41,141 nt of DNA from an uncultured Bordetella sp. (lineage in GTDB: Bacteria; Pseudomonadota; Gammaproteobacteria; Burkholderiales; JACQAP01). The notes below the pieces were generated by a model, which was not told the DNA's origin, searched no databases, and worked only from the letters and a program-made list of their open reading frames with translations. The DNA is taken from NCBI GenBank assembly GCA_964402495.1, contig CAYODB010000006.1:1-41141 (forward strand), in the 5' to 3' direction. This document shows positions 34,777 to 41,141 of the stretch, in pieces (positions within the stretch are counted from its first letter, which is position 1; each line of letters opens with the position of its first letter). A program made the translations under genes and the position numbers.

Positions 34777-35091
34777 GGTTACTCCCATGAATGAGCGACC
34801 GCCCAGGCCTGGAACGATCGCGGTTTTATCCGTGGCCGTTCTTGGGGTGGCTACGATGGTGACCGGGCGCAGTGCGCACTGCGTGCCGGGCATCTTGGCC
34901 GCGCGTCGCGTAGCGGACCTTCGCTACGAAGGAATATCCCCGTGGGCGCCCAAGAGATCGGGCGTCGGCAGGGATTCCAATCTTTAAGCGTTTATGATTT
35001 TACGCTTGCGTGGAAGAAATTCCCGCGGAAAAAGTCTTATCTCCGGATGCGCGACCTGCCTGTTCTCGCTCTCATTTTGTTCAAGTTGGTT

Positions 35092-35132
35092 CTCCTTCGC
35101 GTACCTTTGCGTCCTTTGCGTTCCCCGCGGTT
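35092..35132. repeat. Right arm of the CRCRRAG family at the right island border
   Basis: ctccttcgcgtacctttgcgtcctttgcgttccccgcggtt; inner 25 nt are 22/25 complementary to 30977-31001. Confidence 0.75.
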
Positions 35133-35134
35133 AT

Positions 35135-36943
35135 TTAGAACCATCCGTCCTGCATCTCCAGCGTCGTGCGATCCAGGCTGGTGAGCAACTCGTGCCATTG
35201 CCTGGTCTTCGGCAGTTCCCAGCGGAAAAACCAGGCACAGGCCTGCAGTTTGCCCTGGTAGAAATCCTTCTCTTCCGCATCTGCGGCGCCGACTTTCTTC
35301 ACGGCAACCAACGCCTGCCGCAGCCAGATCCAGGACAGTATGGTGTGTCCGACGAGATCAAGGTAGACCGATGCATTCGCCAGGCCGAGGTCGACTTCGC
35401 CACGGCCGGTCACGCAGAGCAGGTTGCGCGTAACGTCCATGACCCGATCCAGGGCTTCATTCAGGGCCTCGCCGCTGCGGCGCAACTCCTCCGAATCGCA
35501 GGCCCGGGCTTCACGCACCACGCCATTGATCTCGCGCGCGAGCAACTGGATTCCGGCGCCGTCGGCCATGCCGGCCTTGCGGCCCAGGAGGTCGATGGCC
35601 TGGATGCCGTTGGTGCCCTCGTGGATCGGATTGAGCCGGTTGTCACGATAGAACTGCTCGACGGGATACTCGCGGGTATAGCCATAGCCGCCGTGCACCT
35701 GGATCGCCAGGCTGTTGGCCTCAAGGCAGTAGTGCGAGGGCCAGGCCTTCGCGACCGGCGTCAGGATTTCGAGTAGCAGGCTGGCATTGCGGCGCGCCTT
35801 TTCGTCTTCGGAGGTATGGGCTTCATCCACCAGGCTCGCGCAGTACAGGCAAAGCGCCAGCGCGCCTTCGACATAGGCTTTCTGCGCCAGCAACATGCGC
35901 CTCACGTCGGCATGTTCGATGATCCTCACCGGGGGCAGGCTCGGATCCTTGCCGCCGGGCAAACGGCCTTGGGGCCGCTGGCGGGCGTAGTCGAGCGCAT
36001 GCAGATAGCCGGTATAACCCAGAACGGTCGCACCCATGCCGACACCGATGCGAGCCTCGTTCATCATCTGGAACATATACGCGAGTCCCTTGTCTGGTTC
36101 GCCGATCAGTTCCGCCCAGGCGCCGCCCTGCTCGCCGAAATTCAGCACGCAGTTGGTGGTGCCGCGGAAACCCATCTTGTGGTTGAGCCCGGCCAGCGCC
36201 ACATCGTTGCGCTCCGCGCGCGAGCCGTCGTCGTTGACCCTGAATTTAGGAACGATGAAAAGGGAAATTCCCTTTACGCCGGCCGGCGCACCCTTGATGC
36301 GCGCCAGCACCAGGTGAATGATGTTTTCGGAGAGCTCATGGTCGCCACCGGAGATCCACATCTTGTTGCCCGTGATGCGATAACTGCCGTCGCCCTGCGG
36401 ATGCGCCGTCGTGCGCACATCGCCAAGCGAAGAGCCTGCCTGAGGCTCGGACAGGCACATCGTACCGAAATAGCGTCCGTCCAGCAGGGACGGCAGGTAG
36501 CGCTGCCTCTGCTGCTCCGTCCCAAAGGCACGGATCAGGTTGGCGTTGGCGATGGTAAGAAAGGGATAGGCGGCGGTCGATACATTGGCCGCATTGAACC
36601 AGGCGAAACAGGCCTGCGCGACGGTCCAGGGCAGTTGCATGCCACCGAGTTCGAAGTCCTGCGACGCCGACATGAAACCCGCCTTGCGGAAGGCTTCCAG
36701 CGCTTCGCCCACCTCCGGGATCATTTCGACCTTGCCGCCGACAAAGTGCGGTTCGTTGAGGTCGGCCTTGCGGTTGTGGGGAGCGAATTTTTCTTCGGAG
36801 ATTCTCGCTGCGGTTTCGAGCGCGGCGTCGAACGTTTCTCGCGAATGATCCGCGAACCGCGGCCGCTGCGTCAGCGACTCGATGTCGAGGAATTCGTAGA
36901 GAACGAACTCCATGTCCCGGCGGTTCAGCAATTTCGACTGCAT
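35135..36943 (-). CDS. Acyl-CoA dehydrogenase (long ~600 aa type)
   Basis: GTMCLSEPQAGS, GNKMWISGG, HKMG, MMNEARI, QVHGGYGY, IHEGTNGIQ. Confidence 0.95.
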   Translation of the reverse strand: MQSKLLNRRDMEFVLYEFLDIESLTQRPRFADHSRETFDAALETAARISEEKFAPHNRKADLNEPHFVGGKVEMIPEVGEALEAFRKAGFMSASQDFELGGMQLPWTVAQACFAWFNAANVSTAAYPFLTIANANLIRAFGTEQQRQRYLPSLLDGRYFGTMCLSEPQAGSSLGDVRTTAHPQGDGSYRITGNKMWISGGDHELSENIIHLVLARIKGAPAGVKGISLFIVPKFRVNDDGSRAERNDVALAGLNHKMGFRGTTNCVLNFGEQGGAWAELIGEPDKGLAYMFQMMNEARIGVGMGATVLGYTGYLHALDYARQRPQGRLPGGKDPSLPPVRIIEHADVRRMLLAQKAYVEGALALCLYCASLVDEAHTSEDEKARRNASLLLEILTPVAKAWPSHYCLEANSLAIQVHGGYGYTREYPVEQFYRDNRLNPIHEGTNGIQAIDLLGRKAGMADGAGIQLLAREINGVVREARACDSEELRRSGEALNEALDRVMDVTRNLLCVTGRGEVDLGLANASVYLDLVGHTILSWIWLRQALVAVKKVGAADAEEKDFYQGKLQACAWFFRWELPKTRQWHELLTSLDRTTLEMQDGWF

Positions 36944-36980
36944 TTCGGTTTTCCTTCAGCCGCCGGAACAAGCAACCCCT

Positions 36981-37176
36981 TCACCGCAAAGGCGCAAAGG
37001 GAAGAGAAAGGTACGCAAAGGAGAGCCTGACATAACAGCAAGTAACGTCCCGAATTGTCGAAACCCAGCAAACAGGGGCACGTTCGACACAGTTCATATC
37101 CGCTATCGTGCGTACTTACGCCCTGCCTTTCTTTGCGTTCCTTTGCGTCCTTTGCGCCTTTGCGCCTTTGCGGTGA
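36981..37176. repeat. CRCRRAG-family inverted-repeat element, complete copy
   Basis: Perfect 20-bp arms tcaccgcaaaggcgcaaagg / cctttgcgcctttgcggtga, with extra ctttgcg units on the right. Confidence 0.9.
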
Positions 37177-37186
37177 GGTATAGGTC

Positions 37187-38365
37187 TTAGACGACTTCGA
37201 ACAGGCCGGCGGCACCCATGCCACCGCCAACGCACATGGTGACGACGACGTACTTGACACCGCGGCGCTTGCCTTCGATCAGGGCATGACCGACCAGCCT
37301 GCTGCCGGTGACGCCATAGGGATGGCCGACGGCGATGGAACCGCCATTGACGTTGAGGCGATCGTTGGGAATGCCAAGCTTGTCGCGGCAGTAGATCACC
37401 TGCACGGCAAAAGCCTCGTTCAGTTCCCACAAGCCGATGTCCTCGATTTTCTTGCCAGCTTGCTTCAGCAGCTTGGGGATGGCGAACACCGGGCCGATGC
37501 CCATTTCATCGGGTTCGCACCCGGCGACGGCGAAACCGCGGAAGATACCCATCGGCTTCAATCCCTTCTTCGAGGCCATGCGGTCGCTCATGAGGACCTG
37601 CACCGAAGCCCCGTCGGAAAACTGGCTGGCATTGCCGGCGGCGATCACGCCGCCTTCGACTGCGGGCTTGATCTGCGAGATGCCCTCGTACGTCGTGTCC
37701 GGGCGAATGCCCTCGTCCTCGCTCGCCGTGGTCTGTTTGGTAGATTCCTGACCGGTGTTCTTGTCGACCACTTTCATGGTGGTCGGAATCGGAACGATCT
37801 CGTCCTTGAACTTGCCTTCCGCCCGCGCCTTCGCCGCCTTCAACTGGCTGTCCACGCCGTAACGGTCCTGGACCTCGCGGCCGATCTTGTAGCGCTTCGC
37901 CACATTCTCGGCGGTAGCCAGCATGGGCCAGTAGATTTCGGGCTTGTTCTCCTTCAGCCAGGAATCCGTGATCATGTGCTTGTTCATCTCGTTCTGTACG
38001 CAGGAGATGGACTCGACGCCGCCGGCCAGGAAAATCTCCGCTTCGCCGGCCAGGATGCGCTGCGCCGCCAGCGCCACGGTCTGCAGGCCGGATGAACAAA
38101 AGCGATTGACGGTCATGCCGGACACCGTCACGGGCATGCCTGCGCGCAATGCAATCTGGCGCGCGATGTTCTGGCCTGTCGCCCCTTCGGGCGTCGCACA
38201 GCCCATGATCACGTCCTCGACCTCGGCTGGATCGAGTTTCGCCCGCTCGAGTGCCGCCTTGACGACGTGTCCACCCATGGTCGCGCCGTGGGTCATGTTG
38301 AGCGCGCCTTTCCAGCTCTTGCAGAGCGGCGTGCGCGCGGTCGAAACAATCACTGCATCAGTCAT
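37187..38365 (-). CDS. Acetyl-CoA C-acyltransferase (3-ketoacyl-CoA thiolase)
   Basis: [30 protein letters not shown]. Confidence 0.95.
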   Translation of the reverse strand: MTDAVIVSTARTPLCKSWKGALNMTHGATMGGHVVKAALERAKLDPAEVEDVIMGCATPEGATGQNIARQIALRAGMPVTVSGMTVNRFCSSGLQTVALAAQRILAGEAEIFLAGGVESISCVQNEMNKHMITDSWLKENKPEIYWPMLATAENVAKRYKIGREVQDRYGVDSQLKAAKARAEGKFKDEIVPIPTTMKVVDKNTGQESTKQTTASEDEGIRPDTTYEGISQIKPAVEGGVIAAGNASQFSDGASVQVLMSDRMASKKGLKPMGIFRGFAVAGCEPDEMGIGPVFAIPKLLKQAGKKIEDIGLWELNEAFAVQVIYCRDKLGIPNDRLNVNGGSIAVGHPYGVTGSRLVGHALIEGKRRGVKYVVVTMCVGGGMGAAGLFEVV

Positions 38366-38385
38366 TTCAAGCCTCCAATAAAATC

Positions 38386-38564
38386 TGAACCACGGAGGAC
38401 ACGGATACCCTCGCGCAGCGTGGAGTACCCTTTTAGATCACGGAGGAAAATGAGGCATGACAGCACCGGACACTTGCCGGAAATCGCCCAGTGGATGCAG
38501 CGATATCGTTCACGTCTGTTTCGTCCTTTCCCTTCTCCGTGCCCTCCGTGTCCTCCGTGGTTCA
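38386..38564. repeat. CRCRRAG-family inverted-repeat element with a micro-insertion in the left arm
   Basis: Perfect 20-bp arms tgaaccacggaggacacgga / tccgtgtcctccgtggttca; 30-bp insert at 38406-38435. Confidence 0.88.
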
Positions 38565-38568
38565 AGAA

Positions 38569-40668
38569 CTAGCTGTTAAATTTCTTGCCTTCGGCTGCAA
38601 GCCTCTCGAGCAGCGGCGCCGGCTTCCAGAATTCGCCATGCTTCTCGTGAAAGCGCTTCACCGAAGCCAGCACTTTGTCCAGGCCGACGGTATCGGCATG
38701 GAACATCGGCCCGCCGCGGAAACGCGGAAAGCCGTAGCCGTAGATGTAGACGATGTCGATGTCGCTGGCGCGCAGCGCGATGCCTTCCTCGAGGATCTCC
38801 GCGCCTTCATTGACCAGCGCGTAAATGCAACGCTCGAGGATTTCCTGGTCGCTGATCTGGCGGCGCTGGAGACCGGCTTCCTTCGAAGCCTTCACGATCA
38901 GTTCCTCGACCACCGGATCGGGAATCGGGTTGCGGTTGCCGGCTTCGTAACGGTACCAGCCGGCGCCGGTCTTCTGGCCGAAACGGCCGAGCTCGCAGAC
39001 CTGGTCCGCCACTTTCGAGTAACGCAGGTGCGCCGGCCGCGTTGCTGCCTGGCGCTTGCGGATGTACCAGCCGACGTCTAGCCCGGCCAGGTCGCCGACC
39101 CGGAATGGGCCCATGGCGAAGCCGAAATCCTCGATGACCTTGTCCACCTGTTGCGGCAGTGCGCCTTCCTCGAGCAGGAACCCTGCTTCGCGGAAATAGC
39201 CGTGCAGCATGCGGTTGCCGATGAAACCGTCGCACACGCCGGCGACGACGCCGACTTTCTTGATGGCCTTCGACAGCTTCAACGCCGTGGCGAGCACGTC
39301 CTTGCCGGTCTTGTCGGCCCGCACGACTTCCAGTAGCTTCATTACGTTCGCCGGACTGAAGAAATGCAACCCGAGTACGTCCTGCGGACGCGAGGTCGCG
39401 GCGGCAATCTCGTTCACGTCGAGCGTGGAAGTGTTGGTGGCGAGGATGGCTCCCCGCTTGGCCACCTTGTCGAGTTTTTCGAACACCTGCTTCTTGACGG
39501 CCATGTCCTCGAATACGGCCTCGATGATGATGTCCGCATCCTTGATATCCTCGTAGCTGGTGACACCGGTGAACAGGGCCATGCGCTTGTCCATGGCTTC
39601 CTGGCTCAGGCGGCCCTTGGCGACCGTGGCGGCGTAATTTTTGCGAACGATGCCCAGCCCCTTGTCCAGTGCCTCCTGGTTCACTTCGAGCATTTTCACG
39701 GGAATGCCGGCGTTGACGAAGTTCATCGCAATGCCGCCGCCCATGGTGCCCGCGCCGATCAATGCCGCGGATTTTATTTCGCGTACCGGCGTATCGTCGG
39801 CTACGTCCGGAATCTTGCTGACCTGGCGTTCGGCGAAGAACAGGTGCCGCAGCGCGCGGGATTCATCGGTTTTCACCAGCTTCTCGAACTGCTGGCGCTC
39901 GAACGCGACGCCTTTGGCAAAGGGCAGGCTGGTCACCGCTTCTACGCAGGAAGTAATCGCCAGGGGCGCCGGGAAACCCCGCCACGCCTTGGCGATGCGC
40001 TCGCGTGCCGCCGCGAAGAAAGCCTCCGCCGGCTGGTCCGGCACGGCATCCATCTGACTGGCACGGCGCACGCCCTTGCCTTCCTTGATGAGCCGGTTGG
40101 CATAGGAGATCGCCGCGGCACGCAGGTCGCCTGTGACAACCTCATCCACGAGACCGGACTCTTTCGCCTTTTCGCTGGAAATCGGATCGCCGGTCACCAT
40201 GAAATCCAGCGCCTTCTCCACTCCCATCAGTCGCGGCGCGCGCTGGGTTCCGCCGGCACCCGGAAGGATGCCTAGCTTCACTTCGGGCAGGGCGATCTGG
40301 GCGCCGGTCAGCGCGATCCGGTAGTGGCAGCCCAGGGCCAGTTCCAGTCCCCCGCCCATGGTGGGGCCGGATATCGCCGCGACAATCGGCTTGGTGACCG
40401 TGTCCATGTAGGCCAGCGCGTCGGGCAGGGTCGCCTTGCCGGGCTCGTAAGGCTTGCCGAATTCGCTGATGTCGGCGCCGCCGCTGAAATTGCGCCCGCC
40501 GCCGATGATCACGAGCGCGCGGATGTGGTGGTCGTGGTCGCCTTCCTTGAGGGCATCGAGGATGCCCTGAACCACGCCCTTGTTCACCGACAGCGCGTTG
40601 ACCGGCGGATTGTTGAGCGTGATGACGCCTATGCTGCCCTGCTTCTGGTACTCGACGAGACTGGTCAT
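38569..40668 (-). CDS. Bifunctional enoyl-CoA hydratase / 3-hydroxyacyl-CoA dehydrogenase
   Basis: NPPVNAL, GGGLELAL, PEVKLGILPGAGGTQR, IGAGTMGGGIA, EAVFE, NTSTL, HFFSPAN; ATG 40668 after GGAGG. Confidence 0.95.
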   Translation of the reverse strand: MTSLVEYQKQGSIGVITLNNPPVNALSVNKGVVQGILDALKEGDHDHHIRALVIIGGGRNFSGGADISEFGKPYEPGKATLPDALAYMDTVTKPIVAAISGPTMGGGLELALGCHYRIALTGAQIALPEVKLGILPGAGGTQRAPRLMGVEKALDFMVTGDPISSEKAKESGLVDEVVTGDLRAAAISYANRLIKEGKGVRRASQMDAVPDQPAEAFFAAARERIAKAWRGFPAPLAITSCVEAVTSLPFAKGVAFERQQFEKLVKTDESRALRHLFFAERQVSKIPDVADDTPVREIKSAALIGAGTMGGGIAMNFVNAGIPVKMLEVNQEALDKGLGIVRKNYAATVAKGRLSQEAMDKRMALFTGVTSYEDIKDADIIIEAVFEDMAVKKQVFEKLDKVAKRGAILATNTSTLDVNEIAAATSRPQDVLGLHFFSPANVMKLLEVVRADKTGKDVLATALKLSKAIKKVGVVAGVCDGFIGNRMLHGYFREAGFLLEEGALPQQVDKVIEDFGFAMGPFRVGDLAGLDVGWYIRKRQAATRPAHLRYSKVADQVCELGRFGQKTGAGWYRYEAGNRNPIPDPVVEELIVKASKEAGLQRRQISDQEILERCIYALVNEGAEILEEGIALRASDIDIVYIYGYGFPRFRGGPMFHADTVGLDKVLASVKRFHEKHGEFWKPAPLLERLAAEGKKFNS

Positions 40669-40693
40669 TGAACCTCCAAAATCGGAAAACCCG

Positions 40694-40877
40694 GAACCAC
40701 GGAGGGCGCGGAGGGGCACGGAGGAAAAGCGAGGAGAAAAATGGGAATGGATTGCGATATGAGCGCCATTCAGGATCTGGGTGTCCGGATAGCATGGATC
40801 GTACAGCCGACAGCACTCTTACTTCGTTCGTATCTCTCTCTTGTCGTTCTCCGTGCTCTCCGTGCCCTCCGTGGTTC
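40694..40877. repeat. CRCRRAG-family inverted-repeat element, complete copy
   Basis: gaaccacggagggcgcggaggggcacggag ... ctccgtgctctccgtgccctccgtggttc. Confidence 0.87.
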
Positions 40878-40922
40878 AATGTTTGTTCAAGCGTGCTGCG
40901 CGACAGGCATGTCGCGCCAATC

Positions 40923-41141
40923 CTAGACTTCCAGCCATTCCTTGCGAACGGCCTCGTTGTTCCGCAAGCCTTCGGGCGAGCCTTCGAACACGATCTGGCC
41001 GTGGCCCATCACGTACAGGCGTTGCGAGATTTTCAGCGCGATGGTGAGCTTCTGTTCGACCAACAGGATGGACACGCCCCGGTTCTTGATTTCCTCGAAC
41101 AGGCGCGCCACCTGCTCGACGATCTTGGGCGCCAGGCCCTC
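40923..41141 (-). CDS. livF: Branched-chain amino acid-type ABC transporter ATP-binding protein (LivF-like), 3' part only
   Basis: EGLAPKIV...SILLVEQK...YVMGHGQIVFEG...EWLEV. Confidence 0.85.
   Translation of the reverse strand, partial: EGLAPKIVEQVARLFEEIKNRGVSILLVEQKLTIALKISQRLYVMGHGQIVFEGSPEGLRNNEAVRKEWLEV

Larger units (their letters stand above)
31002..35091. other. More AT-rich accessory island of hypothetical genes inside the beta-oxidation gene run
   Basis: Visible compositional shift with many A/T-ending codons; no recognisable core genes; no integrase or transposase. Confidence 0.75.

Noticed and set aside
34960-34990. tRNA fragment or attachment site at the island edge (gggattccaatc)
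   Set aside because: No cloverleaf or T-loop consensus and no duplicate at the other island end.
13731-40877. Bracket elements as a CRISPR array
   Set aside because: The repeats are inverted and dispersed between genes rather than direct with regular spacers, and there are no cas genes.

Overview
GC-rich, Betaproteobacteria-like chromosomal segment (taxon inferred from gene content). From left to right it holds: a defence fragment (5' part of a type I restriction hsdR gene plus a vapBC toxin-antitoxin pair); a divergent TetR-associated locus of unknown substrate (CUT1 sugar-type ABC transporter and amidohydrolase on one arm; Tm-1-like UPF0261 protein, TIM-barrel PEP-hydrolase-like protein and two SRPBCC proteins on the other); assorted redox, transport and envelope genes, including a lipoprotein with a DUF3494 ice-binding domain; and a long minus-strand fatty-acid beta-oxidation run interrupted by a ~4 kb more AT-rich island of hypothetical genes. 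The most striking unexplained structure is non-coding. Many intergenic gaps hold a 140-210 bp element with inverted-repeat arms built from a CRCRRAG(G) unit around unrelated interiors (7 complete copies). One arm pair appears to bracket the whole 4 kb island, an orphan arm marks the edge of the defence island, and some arms are themselves interrupted by 27-36 bp hairpin micro-insertions, two of which are homologous. All calls come from reading the sequence; no searches were run.
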